A stretch of 64,000 nt of DNA from the NCBI GenBank assembly GCA_963823665.1, contig CAWGMQ010000008.1, positions 2,016,001 to 2,080,000 on the forward strand, given 5' to 3'. Made by a program: the position numbers and the translations under genes. The DNA comes from an uncultured Planctomycetota bacterium. Lineage in GTDB: Bacteria > Planctomycetota > Planctomycetia > Isosphaerales > Isosphaeraceae. Below, piece after piece: positions 19,719 through 31,294 of this stretch. The notes below the pieces were generated by a model. The model had not been told where the DNA came from. It was given only the letters and a program-made list of their open reading frames with translations, and did no database searches. Positions within the stretch are counted from its first letter, which is position 1. Every line of letters starts with the position of its first letter.

Positions 19719-20199
19719 GATCGCGCCATACGTCAGTACCTCGGATAACACCGAAGCAATAACTCAGCGTTCCTTCGTCAAAAGGCAACTCGAGCAAAAA
19801 TTTTTATCAAACTTCGGCAGTGGAGCGTGTCGGTTCATTGTTTCCCACTGGGTCCCGAATGTCTACAGGAGAGTCCCAATTCCGTACCCGTTTCGCATTG
19901 AGTACGTAGTTGAGACGTTGTACGCCATGAGCACGCGTCTCAACCACTTCCCGCCAAGATCGTCTGTACTTGGCGTACTCTGCAGCCCCGTCAAGAGTTC
20001 TTATACCGATCCTTCGACCGTTCGCCGGCCTCTGTGGGTCTGTGTTGCGTCATACTCATAGAGGACTCGGTTGCCTGTCACCGTCCCTCAGGTCAAACCC
20101 TCTGATGATCATTCACGCGGCCAATCCCCGGTTCGCGTCGCACTTACTCGAACACAATCCTTTGTCCCGAACCAAGTTCGCAACGGCTCGCGTGAGCCG

Positions 20200-21068
20200 A
20201 TTTCGAGCGGTCTGGCGTCGGTCTCAACGATCCTCCATCGATCCGCGTGAGCGTTCCCCGCGCCCTTTCGTCTGTGGACTCCCTGTCAAGATCAAGTCGA
20301 TTCTCAGCTCTGACATTGCTCGTTCGAACAGTGTCATCGCCTGGTTCTGTTTACCACGGGATGCGATCTCGAAAATACTGTCGTAGTCAGTGTAGAACGC
20401 CATAGGACGGCCGTCCTTTGCCAGTCATCGGCCAACCAGGTCAAAGTATGCTTCCACCGTCTCACCGGGATAAAAGCGCGCCATGACTCGATTTGTCGCT
20501 TCGCCGATCATGCAAACCAGCACCACCTCTTCAACACGGCGTTCGGGTCAGGAATGCAACGACGCGTCCATATGGACCAACTCTCCAATGCACGATCGTC
20601 GTGGCCGACGACCTCGATGTTGATCGCGTCGCCGCTGTGGTGACACACCCATCCGCTATCAACCAACGCCTCAGCGTGTCTGCTGAGACCTCCAGACTTC
20701 GATAAGCCATCACCTCACTGGCGAGTGTCGGTCCGAAGTCGGTGAGTTCCTCCTGGTATAGTTCCACGGCATTCAGTCGAAGCTCTTGGTTAAACTGGCG
20801 GTTCGATGCTCGTCCTCTCAGACGATGAACAATGCCGCTATCACCTTCGGCCTCCAGGCGTCGCTGGAAGCGACGCACTTGCCGCTCGCTCTCACGCAAC
20901 AACCGTGCTGCCTCTGCCTGCGTGCGCTCACCACGAAGAACAGCACTCATGATCTTCAGCACATCTCGCTCTCACTGGCTCATCGAGATCCGGTTCTCCA
21001 TATGACCCTCCTTGGCGCTTCGCCATGTTGGGTCGATTGGAACCGGACATTTCTATTGTCCTATGACA
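20200..21068 (-). mobile_element. ISNCY/IS1202-like element, degenerate (left boundary approximate)
   Basis: HTH 'TQAEAARLL..SERQVRR', 'DFGPTLASE', degenerate 'FYTDYDSIF...SPQTKGRGER'; end TGTCATAGGACAATAGAAATGTCCGG. Confidence 0.75.
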
Positions 21069-21084
21069 AAGTCCAAGACTAACA

Positions 21085-23420
21085 TTGACTAAGCAATACA
21101 TGCTTGATCACCTGGCAATTCTGTTAGTCAAAAGTGCCTCCTTGGGAATCCAGGCAGACCAGCCGGCCACGTTTAGTGTGTTGATGCGGGCGCCCACGAG
21201 CGCGGGGTGGCCGCAAGGAATCGGGAATATCGTCGACGATGGTGCAGTTACTCAGTCGCTCGCACTGTCGCCGACATCGTCGACGAACCGCGAGTATGCC
21301 TTCATCGCTGCTACATACACATTGACTCAACCGCCCGGCGGCGCCTCCTATTTCTTCGGCAAACTCTCGGGCAGCTTTCTTCGGCAAACTCCCGGGCAGC
21401 GCCAAGTTCGTCCCCGCCTGTGCGTTTTCGACGAGCCGCGCGAATGGGTCATTTGTGCTCAGGAAGCCCATGTATAGCACTCCGGCTGGTGGCGTCAAAA
21501 CTTCAACGATTGTGCAACGCTCAGGTCCGCCGTTCAAGACGGGACAGACTGCCACCGTCCTCTATACGGGATACCTCGCGAAGAATGACCATATCTTCGA
21601 CGATTCGCTGAATCACGGCGGAGCGTTTTTCAGCTTCACGCTCGGAGCGGGGCGGGTGATCTCCGAGTTAGACGAGGGAGCCACCGGCAAGCAGGTTGTG
21701 TAGTGGTTCAGCGTGAAATGGAATTCCCGGATTGCGTCGTTAGCTACTGGTGGAGAAACGATTGAGTGGAACGATTTAGCGCATTGGTACCAATCCCGAA
21801 GGTGAGGTGAGGGGCGGCTTCCTGCCGCCCTTCCTTCGGTCTTGGTCCCTGGGACGGCGCTCAGGTCGTGTCGCCACGGAGCCCTATCCTCCGCCCAGGC
21901 CATTGGCCATCGTAGATCCATTCGACGGGGCTGACAACTGCTTTGCCCTGCGTCAACCGACTTGACGCTGCTGGGCACGGACTTCTTTTCGGCGACTCCT
22001 TGCCGCCTCGAGTTTGCGATCTCGGTCAGCAAAGATCTGCTTGTCTCGACCGCACATCTTGGCCAGTGGTGTTACGTAGCCGATTGCACTATGAAGCCGC
22101 ACCTCGTTGTAGTGCCGCACATAGCCCTCGACCAAGCGGATGGCATCCTCCACTGAAAGAGGTGTTCCCGGACGAATGCATTCTGACTTGATCGAACGAT
22201 GCCATCGCTCGATCTTGCCATTACTCTGGGGATAGTACGGTGAGGTTCTCACGTGCGTCATACCGCAGATGCGGATGAATTCCTTGAAATCTCGAGCAAT
22301 GAACTGAGGTCCGTTGTCGCTGATGATCCGGGGAGACACCCCGGGATATTGCTCGAGAGCTCGCTGGATAATTGTTTCGACGTCGCCTTCTTCCATCTTG
22401 GGCCGGATTTCCCAGTGCACGATCGATCGGCTGTAGCCGTCGAGCAAACTGCAAAGGAAGAAAAAGGTGCCGAGGATGTTGATATAGGCAATGTCGACGT
22501 GCCAGTGCTCGTGCGGACCGAGCGGTTGCTGGAACCCTGTTCCTTTGAGCGAAGGCTTGGTGTTGTGGCGGTTCATTAGACCGGCGTCGCTGAGCACTCG
22601 GTACACGCTGGAAGGGCTGGTCGCAACAACGTCGGCATCGAGCATCATGAACGTAAGCCTGCGGTAACCCTCAAGCGGATTCTTGTCGTGAAACTCGATG
22701 ATCGCCTGCTTTTCCCAGTCTTCGAGCCACCAATCGCGGGGAATCCAACCGTTGTGCTCGTTGACTTTGCCGTAACGTTTTCGCCAGTCGTGGAACTTGC
22801 TCAGGCTGAAACCGATCCACTGGACGATTTGCTTGGCCGGGATTTCCGTCCGGTCCGACCAATAGCGAACGTAGTCGACGATCTGGTCACGAGTGTCGTG
22901 GGGAACCCAGGCTCCGGTCAGAGCTCCCCAAGAACTTTTTTTAGATTGACGTGCTCTTCCAGCAGCTCGGACACGACCTCGTTCTTGCGCTGCAGTTTAT
23001 CCTGAAGAGCAGCGATTCTGCGCTCCTGGTGCTTCTCCGGTGCCGAGCGAGTCTGCCCAAAGGCTGCGGCCCCGTTCTCGAACAACTGTTTCTGCCAGTT
23101 GTAGAACATCGATGGCTGGATGTCGTACTGATCGCAAAGATCAGAGACGGGGATACGCTCCATGAGATGGCGTCGCAGGATGGCAACTTTCTCGACCGCA
23201 TCGTAGTGCTTACGTGGCTTGCTCATGGAAGACCTCCCATTCGAGTTATAAGCTAACTCGAAACCGCGGTCATTCCATTTCCAACTGATTCAAAACAGTT
23301 GGAGAAACTCGAATTGTGCTAGTCCCTTCGGCCGAAGCCTACGGCGCCCGCGCTTACGGGTCCATTCCGAGACACTCGACCCTTACTTTGTGCTGACACT
23401 TCAATCAATTGCGTCGCAGT
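21085..23420 (+). pseudogene. Ig-like plus FKBP-type peptidyl-prolyl isomerase gene interrupted by IS3
   Basis: 'VLYTGYLAKNDHIFDDS...FTLGAGRVI..DEG...QV' before the IS and 'GETRIVLVPSAEAYG..IP..STL' after it; GTTG duplicated. Confidence 0.8.
21699..23297 (-). mobile_element. IS3-family element, complete (1599 bp), 4-bp TSD GTTG
   Basis: TG...CA ends with imperfect IRs; orfA 22918..23226; orfB integrase ending at 21953 ('SDNGPQF', 'NGKIERWH'); A-AAA-AAG frameshift site at 22935-22941 followed by a hairpin. Confidence 0.95.
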
Positions 23421-24034
23421 TCTTGCGCTTCCCGCCGCGAATAGCCATCAAGAACCGCAGCGAGTCGGACCTCCCAGCGCAAACAGTTCCCATTGCTCGG
23501 CCCGCCGCGAGTGAAGGCACCGAGCCAATTGGAGGCGGCGGGAATTGCTCCCGCGTCCCGAGAAGCATCAACGACGGCCTCTACGTGCGTAGCCGATCAT
23601 TTGATTGTCGGCCTCAAGGCCCCGATCGGCAGGGTCCTGTTCGGCTTAGCCAGTCATGAGTTTAACCCGAGCAGCAACCAGCGGTTAGGCTCGAGCGATC
23701 CCGAATTGGCGTCCCCGGCCGCGTCTCTCGGGCGAAAACGCAGCGCGAGGCCGTCGCTGTTTTTTAGGCAGCGAGACGGAGTGGCGCAACATTGCTGTTG
23801 GCACTTAAAGTTTTGGTCGGCTTTTTACGAGGCCCGCTGACCAACCTCGGCACGCCACCAGTCGCGTCAGACATCCGGTCGATCCTGGTTCGCCCCCCGT
23901 AAGTGAAACACATCGTGGATCTAAGCTTTCGCTCAGCTACTCTCATTATGGGCCGTACGCCCGACGTCAAGCAACTTCGCCGGCCGCTCCCTGCCGCAGC
24001 CAGACCCCAACAGAGCTGAATTTCAACTCGACAC

Positions 24035-25389
24035 TCACAACAGCCCACCTGTCCAGCTCGGCTCGATTCGTTTCATCAAAGTCGCGTCGTCGCGCCCGGT
24101 CATGCCACACTTGACGTACCACTCCGCCCCACGCGCTAGCTTGTCCTGATCAAGCGTGACACCCGAACCCGGCCCGGTGGGTACCGCCATCCGGCCTTCC
24201 TTGATCACAAGTTTCGGTCCCTCGATGATGTCCGTCGCCTCCGCGAGCCATGGGTAATGCGTGTCACTCGCGAGTGTCAACTCCGGAATCGACGCAGCAA
24301 GCTGAATCATCGCGGCCATCGTTACACCGGCGTGATTGTTGCTGTGATGGCTCATCGACCAGCCTACCGCCCGGCAGATCGGACAAGCGCCTGGCAGCCC
24401 GCAAATCCTCCGAAATATTGGTGGTCGCATAGCAGAACATCGATCGGTTTCAATTCAAGCGCCCGGCAATGTGCTGGAATCGGGTGACGCACATGTTCGT
24501 GCTCATCTTCAATCCCGTTTGCCTTCGCACCTCGGCCAACGCTTTCTGGCCGTTGACCGGATCTTCATAGTATTCCAGCTCGACTTCGGCGAGCTTCTTC
24601 CCGATACGCACCGCCGTGTCCTCCCGCCACCGCCCGTTGGGATAGATCCGTAGCAATGCTTTCGGGCTAAGCCGCGCCGCCAGCTCCTTCATCGTCTGGA
24701 GCTCGAGATCGGGGTCGAGCACCCCGGCCTTAAGCCTGAACACCCGAAAACCCCACTTCTCGCGAAATCGCGCAGCCATCGCAGCCATTGCCTCTGGCGT
24801 GCGAACTTCGCCCCATGAGTCCAGGGCGCGATCGCCCCGTCCGCGCGAATCGACCAACCGCGGGTCGCTCAATATCACCGGATCATCGGCGGCATAGCGG
24901 AAAAAGAGATAAGCCGCAATCTCCACCGAGTCGCGTACCGGCCCGCCAACCAGCTCACAAAACCGCCGGTCGATCGCACGTGCGCATGCGTCAACACAGG
25001 CCATCTCGATCGCCGCATGCGCCGCCATACTCCCCGCTCGAAGCTCCCGGGCAACCTTTCGGTAAGCAAAGGCATTTTGGACGAGCAGCAGCCCAGTGGC
25101 CTGATTGAGCGCTTTCGTTACATCGCGGCCCCTGTGCGTTTCTCCAATCCCCACAATGCCGCCATCGGTTCGCAGCTCCACGACATTCCGCAGAAAATAC
25201 GGCCCACAACAACCGCTGGCCGCGAGAATGGGCAGATCGGGCAGCGCAATCGGCGCCACTTTGAGCCCGGTGATCACAAGCGGGGAACCCTTCGGCGCCA
25301 GAGCACGCGCACGACGTCCCTGCACCGTCTCTCCCGCCACGGCCGCAACGAGCACCGCCCTTAAGCCAGTCGCGACGATTCGGTCTCAT
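24035..25389 (-). pseudogene. Enolase-superfamily (glucarate dehydratase/mandelate racemase-like) protein with Tat signal; frameshifted
   Basis: 'NRRDWLK', 'LKAGV', 'YYEDP', 'SDTHYPW', 'PTGPG.GV.LD' spread over three frames. Confidence 0.7.
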
Positions 25390-25458
25390 CAATCGCTCCT
25401 GACCAGCAGGTCACCCGAGCAAAACCCCGCCAAATCGGACGCTTTATTTGCGCGAAAG

Positions 25459-25960
25459 CTAGCGGCGCCGCATCGCGCGGTCAATGTCGCGCTTGGCGTC
25501 CTGTTTCTTGATCGCCTCCCGCTTGTCAAACGTCTTCCGTCCTCGCGCGTAAGAGAGTCTCAATCTTGGCCATCCCCTTCTTGAAGTAGATCGAAAGCGG
25601 TACCAGCGTGATCCCTTTCTCGCCCGTCTTGCTTGCCAGCTTCGCGATCTCGCGCCGATGCAGGAGGAGCTTACGCGTGCGCTTCGGAAGGTGGTTCTCC
25701 CTGTTCCCTTGCACATACTCGGGGATGTCGCATCCCTTGAGCCATACTTCACCACCGTCGACTTCGGCGTAGGCATCTTCCAGACTGGCCCTGCCGTTTC
25801 GGAGGCTCTTGACCTCCGTTCCCGTAAGCACCATTCCCGCCTCGACTCGCTCCATCAAGTCGTATTCGTGCCGCGCGCGGCGATTTCGTGCGACGATCTT
25901 CACTGCCGAATCGTCGGCTTTGCCAGCGATTTTCGCCTTGGCGGTATCCTTCTTGGCCAT
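25459..25960 (-). CDS. smpB: SsrA-binding protein (apparent frameshift near 25560, probably a sequencing error)
   Basis: 'NRRARHEY', 'GTEVKSLR', 'RKLLLHRREI'; C-terminus 'RGRKTFDKRE' is in another frame. Confidence 0.92.
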
Positions 25961-26077
25961 AGCAAGCCCAGGAGTCGAAAGCGTGATCGTCACCACTGAA
26001 TGAACGCTGCTGCCATCTGTGAACGCATCATAGAGGCCCGTTTCCTGGGCGACAAGAGTTCCGATGCAGCGAGTTGC

Positions 26078-26548
26078 TCAGCCCGACCTCTCTTTCAGCT
26101 CCGCCAGGATCTCCGCAAACGGCCGGCGCGTTTCCGGATCGACCGCCTCCGGAGCCACCTCGACCAGCGGCTCCAGAACAAATCGCCGCACGCGCATTCG
26201 CGGATGCGGTACGCATAGCTCCGGTGTTTGCAGGACTCTGTCCTCGAAAAGCAGCAGGTCTAGGTCCAGCGTCCGCTCGCCCCAGCGAACCGTCCGGTCG
26301 CGTCCAAACTGAACTTCGATTCGCTGGAGTACGCCGAGCAACTCGATCGGCTCGAGTTCGGTCTCGAGCAGAGTGACGGCGTTCAAAAACAACCCCTGGC
26401 CCGGCGAGCCGCCAACCGGCTCGGTCTCGTGAAGCGAGCTAACCTGCCGGACGGTCACACCCGGTGTATGCCCAATCGCTGCAATGGCGCCATTGATATA
26501 CGCCATTCGGTCACCGAGATTGCTGCCTACGCCGACGAAGGCATTCAC
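26078..26548 (-). CDS. folK: 6-hydroxymethyl-7,8-dihydropterin pyrophosphokinase
   Basis: 'GSNLGDR', 'FLNAV', 'RTLDLDLL', 'PHPRM..RRFVLEPL'. Confidence 0.95.
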   Translation of the reverse strand: MNAFVGVGSNLGDRMAYINGAIAAIGHTPGVTVRQVSSLHETEPVGGSPGQGLFLNAVTLLETELEPIELLGVLQRIEVQFGRDRTVRWGERTLDLDLLLFEDRVLQTPELCVPHPRMRVRRFVLEPLVEVAPEAVDPETRRPFAEILAELKERSG

Positions 26549-27714
26549 AGTTTGAGCTTTCCAATCCGTTCGACCGCTTCGAGCAGCCGCGGCGTTTCCA
26601 CTGTCAGTGCAGCGCGAATGTATCCGTCGGCGGTCCGCCCGAATCCGATGCCCGGTGTCGTTACGACGTTTGCCTCATCCAGCAATCGCGTGCACAGCTC
26701 CGCCGATGTGTATCCCGCAGGGCAGGGGATCCACACATAAAAAGTCGCCTCTGGCGTCGGAACTCGCCAACCGATGTGCCGCAGCGCCCCCACGAATGCA
26801 TCGCGACGCTCTTTGTAAAGTGCTCGAATCGGAGGACCAAGTTTGTGGTACTCGTCCAGCGCCGTCATGCCGGCGGACTGGATGGCCGTGAACACCCCCG
26901 AATCCGTGTTCGCCTTCACCTGGCCAAGAGCCGCGACGAGTGGGGCTCCTCCGATCGCAAATCCAATCCGCCAGCCCGTCATGTTGAACGTCTTGGAAAG
27001 ACTATGAAACTCGATGGCCACGTCTTTGGCCCCGGGTACCTCGAGAATGCTGAGCGGCGCTGTCTCATAATACATCTCGTTGTAAGCCGCATCCTGCGCG
27101 ACCACGAATTCATTGGCCCGCGCGAGCTCGACCACTCTCTCGAAAAACGATCGATCAGCCGTTGCCCCGGTGGGATTGTTAGGGTAATTCAAGAACATCA
27201 ACCGCGCGAGAGAGAATACGTCAACAGGAATCGCTTCAAGGTCGGGCCGAAAGCCCAGCTTCGATTCCAGCGGCATCGTATGGACTTCGCCGCCAGCGAA
27301 CATGCTGCTGGAACGATAGACAGGGTAACATGGGTCCGGGACGAGGCTAATGTCGCCGGGGTTTATCACGGCCAGAGGCAAATGCGCCAGCCCCTCCTTC
27401 GAGCCGATCAGTACGAGCACCTCCGTCTCCGGATCGAGGTCGATGCCGTACCGGCGCTTGCAGAATGCCGCAATTGACCGCCGCAGCTCCGGCGACCCTT
27501 GATCCAGGGCATACTGGTGAAACGCAGGATTCTCAACATGGTGCTGCACGCTGCGGATGATCGCTTCCGGAGTCGGATGATCGGGGTCGCCCACCCCGAG
27601 GTTGATCACGTCACGCCCGGCGGCGATCGCCGCCTTCTTCTTCTTGTCAATCTCGCCAAACAAATAAGGTGGAAGCTTCCGCAGCCGTTCCGACTTTACA
27701 AATTCCATCGCCAT
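26545..27714 (-). CDS. dapL: LL-diaminopimelate aminotransferase
   Basis: 'LPPYLF', 'GSKEG', 'NYPNNPTG', 'SLSKTFNMTGWRIG'. Confidence 0.85.
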   Translation of the reverse strand: MAMEFVKSERLRKLPPYLFGEIDKKKKAAIAAGRDVINLGVGDPDHPTPEAIIRSVQHHVENPAFHQYALDQGSPELRRSIAAFCKRRYGIDLDPETEVLVLIGSKEGLAHLPLAVINPGDISLVPDPCYPVYRSSSMFAGGEVHTMPLESKLGFRPDLEAIPVDVFSLARLMFLNYPNNPTGATADRSFFERVVELARANEFVVAQDAAYNEMYYETAPLSILEVPGAKDVAIEFHSLSKTFNMTGWRIGFAIGGAPLVAALGQVKANTDSGVFTAIQSAGMTALDEYHKLGPPIRALYKERRDAFVGALRHIGWRVPTPEATFYVWIPCPAGYTSAELCTRLLDEANVVTTPGIGFGRTADGYIRAALTVETPRLLEAVERIGKLKL

Positions 27715-27807
27715 TGCCCGGCAAGACCTCTCTGCTGTCAACTCGAGCGGAAACAATTCGCGCGACTCTCACTGATATTTTGCATCGCGATCGCTGCATC
27801 GCTGCGC

Positions 27808-28548
27808 TCACGATGCCATCGCCTCGGCAGGAATGTTGTCATTGGCGTAAACGTTTTGTACGTCATCATTGCTGTCGAGCAATTCTTTGAGCTTGCGCAT
27901 CTTGCGGCCGTTCTCGACGTCAAGGTCAACGTACGTCGTCGGAATGTACGAAGTCTCGGCGCTTTCGAGGGCAATTCTTTGGTCCTCGAGACCCTTCCGC
28001 ACAGACTCGAACAGCTTGGGGTCGCAGGTGACCTCGAAATACCCGTCCACCAGTTGAACGTCGTCCGCCCCAGCCTCAAGGGCGACCTCCATTAGCCGTT
28101 CCTCGGATACGTGCCCGGCATCAACCACGAACAACCCCTTGAAATTGAACAGATAGCCGACGCACCCGCTGGCCCCGAGATTACCGCCGGCCGATTCGAA
28201 CAGCCGGCGAAGCTCGCTCGCCGTCCGATTCCGATTATCGGTCAAGGCCTCGCAAAGAACAGCGACGCCGCCTGGGCCATACCCCTCGTAGACCACTTCC
28301 TCGAAGTTCTCGCCGCCGAGTTCACCGGTCGCCTTCTTGATCGACCGCTCGATGTTCTCCTTGGGAACGCTGAACGACCGAGCTTTATCAATCGCGTACC
28401 GCAGCCGCATGTTTGCGGCCGGGTCACCCCCTCCATTGCGCGCGGCCACATAGACGGCCCTGCAGAGTTTCGTGAAGAGTTGCCCGCGCTTTGCGTCGAC
28501 CAAGCCCTTGCGGTGGGCGATGTTGGCTGAATGCGAATGTCCTGCCAT
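27808..28548 (-). CDS. yebC: YebC/PmpR family protein
   Basis: 'MAGHS', 'YEGYGPGGVA', 'TDNRNRT', 'DDVQNVY'. Confidence 0.95.
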   Translation of the reverse strand: MAGHSHSANIAHRKGLVDAKRGQLFTKLCRAVYVAARNGGGDPAANMRLRYAIDKARSFSVPKENIERSIKKATGELGGENFEEVVYEGYGPGGVAVLCEALTDNRNRTASELRRLFESAGGNLGASGCVGYLFNFKGLFVVDAGHVSEERLMEVALEAGADDVQLVDGYFEVTCDPKLFESVRKGLEDQRIALESAETSYIPTTYVDLDVENGRKMRKLKELLDSNDDVQNVYANDNIPAEAMAS

Positions 28549-28558
28549 TTCTTTTCAC

Positions 28559-31043
28559 TCATGGTGTTCGGGCGGCAGGTGACTTGGGTATCGGACCAAG
28601 CTGCTCGAGCGACCCGATCTTCTTCCGGATCTCCGGCAATCGCTTTTCCGGGGGAACAGCCTGTTCCGCATATTTCGCCGCCTCACCCCAGGACTCAGCC
28701 GCCTTTCGCACGTCATGGAGGTGAAAGTACACGTCGCCCAGATGTTCAAAAATCGTGGCATCCGGGTTCGACCCGTCCCGCGCGGCTTGCTCCTTCGTCT
28801 TCTCCGCCGCCTTGATGAGCGGCTCGAGAGCATCCTTGGCTCTGCCCCGCTTGAACAACACCCAACCCAGGCTGTCGAGATATGCCTGATTCTCCTGTAT
28901 GGCAAGCGCCTTGCGAATCATCGCTTCGGCCTTCTCGAGGTTCTTCCCTTGCTCTGCATACAGATACCCCAGGTCGTTGTTGGGCTCCGCCTCATCGGGA
29001 AAACGCTCCAGCAGCCGCTCGAGCTCCGCCTCGCCCTTGACATAGTCTCCCTGATTGACATGCACGATCGAAAGGATCGGACGAATCACCTTGATAACCT
29101 CGTCATTGTCCGGAAAACGCTTCAAGACGCCCTCTAGCACCTTGATCGCTTCCTCGTTCCGGCCATATCGAGTCAGGATGATCCCCAGCCGCCAATCATA
29201 GTCAGGATTGCCCGGTTCCCGCCGCGCGGCATCATGCAACACGCGCACGGCATCGTCTACCTGACCAATCTCGCTCAAGAGTGCCGCCAGACTCGCTTGG
29301 GCTGACCCTTCGCCAGGGTCCAGCCGCATCGCCTCGCGTAAAGTCGACTTCACAGCCTCGTTGTGCCCGGCCCGCCGATGCAGATCGGCCAGCTCCACCA
29401 ATCGCTGAACCGATTTCGTGGCAGGATGCTGAGCCATCAGTTTCTCAAGGGCGCTTGCCGATTCGGCATATCGGCCCAACTGTCTCAGCGTGTCAATCAT
29501 CTCGTTCTGGACGATGGGACCAGGGTTTCCCTCGGCGTAAAATCGCTCGATTCCCAGCAGCTTCTCCAGCCGGCGATCCTTGTTCTGAGAGCCTTGGGCC
29601 GGATTATTGGCGATCAGCGATAACACTTCGTAAGTCGATCTCGATACCGACTTGGGCGCGGCCGTGATTTTTTTGAGACCGGCCTCAAGCATGCCTTCGG
29701 CCATCTCATCATCCGCGGCAGCCGTGGCGAGCTGAGACTTGATCGCGTCCAGGCTCTCCGGACGCTTAATCGCCTCGCTCATCACCTTGAGGAAGTCAGC
29801 GGCCTTCTTACGTTTCAACAAGGAACTGGCGAGCGCTCGGTAAGTCTGGGGAGTCGGCTGCGACGATAGCAGCGACTTGTAGAGCGCCTCGGCCTTGTCG
29901 TTCTCACCTACCTCCCGATAGCGATCGGCGAGAACGTACTGGAGCGGAATATTCTTCGAATCCCGCCGCGCAGCCGCTTCCAACCGCTGCGTGATCTCGT
30001 TCTCACGCTTCAGCGCCTTGAGGATGCGCGCCAGTAGCTCATATGCTTCCACAAACGGAGTCTGCCGCTCGATGTGGCGATCGACGAGCGCCAGCGCCTG
30101 CTCCCCCCGGTTAAGCTTGAGCAAAGTGTCGGCCAAGATCAGCGAGATCTGTGTATTGTCTTCGTCGTATACGAGCCCGTGCTCGAGCGCCTTCACCGCT
30201 AGCTCATCCCGCTTCGCCGCCAGAAAAACCGTGGCGAAATTGAAATAAGCCGTCGCCGGGCTATCGCCCAGAATGCGGAACACTTCGACAGGCGTGAGTC
30301 GATTGGCCGACTTGTCGTCTAGCTCCTCCACTACCTTCGCAAAAGCGTCCGCGGCCTTGTCCGTCTGATGGAGCCGCCCCGAATACAGCCGCCCAAGCTC
30401 GTATTGTGCCAGTAGCCGCCCAAATGCATGCTGTTCCAGCTTCGGGTTCGCCAGAACCTCGTTCAAGATCGACACAGCCCCGGCTGGATCGCTTCGACGG
30501 TAGTACTCCACGAGCTGGCCGAGCGTCTCGCTATCCCCGGGCTCGGCCGCCAGCACCCGCTTCCCGTATTCAACCGCCAGATCCGGGCGCCCGATCGCCC
30601 CGATGTAGAGCCGACATAAACGGCGGGCCACAGCGATCGAATCGGGCTCGAGCTTGAGAGCCTCCTGAAGCACCGCAACCGCGTCGTTCCATGCACGACG
30701 ATCTTCGAGCGCACGGCCCGCGGCATAGAGCCGTACGACCTCCAGCCGGCGACGATCGTCGGTCGTCGCGGGCCGAAGCGGTACGAAAGGCCGCGGCGGT
30801 TCATCACCGGGCTGCGCGAAGAACTCCGAGACATCCAGCCGCCCTTCCTTCGGAGCTTCCGCCCCAGGCCGCTTTGCCTCCTGAGCACCCGCGCCTTGCG
30901 CCAGGCTCGCTCGACCCGCCCAGTTTCGCGACCGGCTCGAGTGCCCCGGCTTTCGCCGGAGCATCGCCAGCACCTGGCCAAACCGCTAACCCGACAAGCG
31001 TCAGGGTCACTCGAACCACTCGAATCGACCCCAGCATGACCAT
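28559..31043 (-). CDS. Exported tetratricopeptide repeat protein (apparent frameshift near the N-terminus)
   Basis: Many TPRs, 'NDLGYLYAE', 'YLDSLGWV', 'EHLGDVY'; signal peptide from ATG 31043 with AGGAGA SD lies in a different frame. Confidence 0.8.
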
Positions 31044-31294
31044 GTCTCCTCGTCCAGAATTCTGTCGCCGCGCTGCGTGAAACGGGATGATGAATCTTCC
31101 CAAGATCCTCGGGCGTCGACCAGCAGGTCCGTCCCGGCCCTCGCGACGCTCCTTCGTCCCCGGAAGAGGGCCAAACGGCCCACCGAAGCCATCATAGTAG
31201 CACGGCGCCACGAGACATGCCAAGCCGGAGTCGCTCAATCGACGTGTCGCCAGACGAAAGAACCGAAACCCGTCCTCGCGGCGGTCGTCCCCGC

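Noticed and set aside
21069..21092. dif/Xer-like site beside the IS1202-like end (AGTCCAAGACTAACATTGACT)
   Set aside because: The AGTC...GACT symmetry is suggestive, but the length does not fit an 11-6-11 site and I cannot support it
23420..25460. tmRNA or tRNA next to smpB acting as an integration site
   Set aside because: No tRNA-like ends or T-loop/CCA signature found by eye
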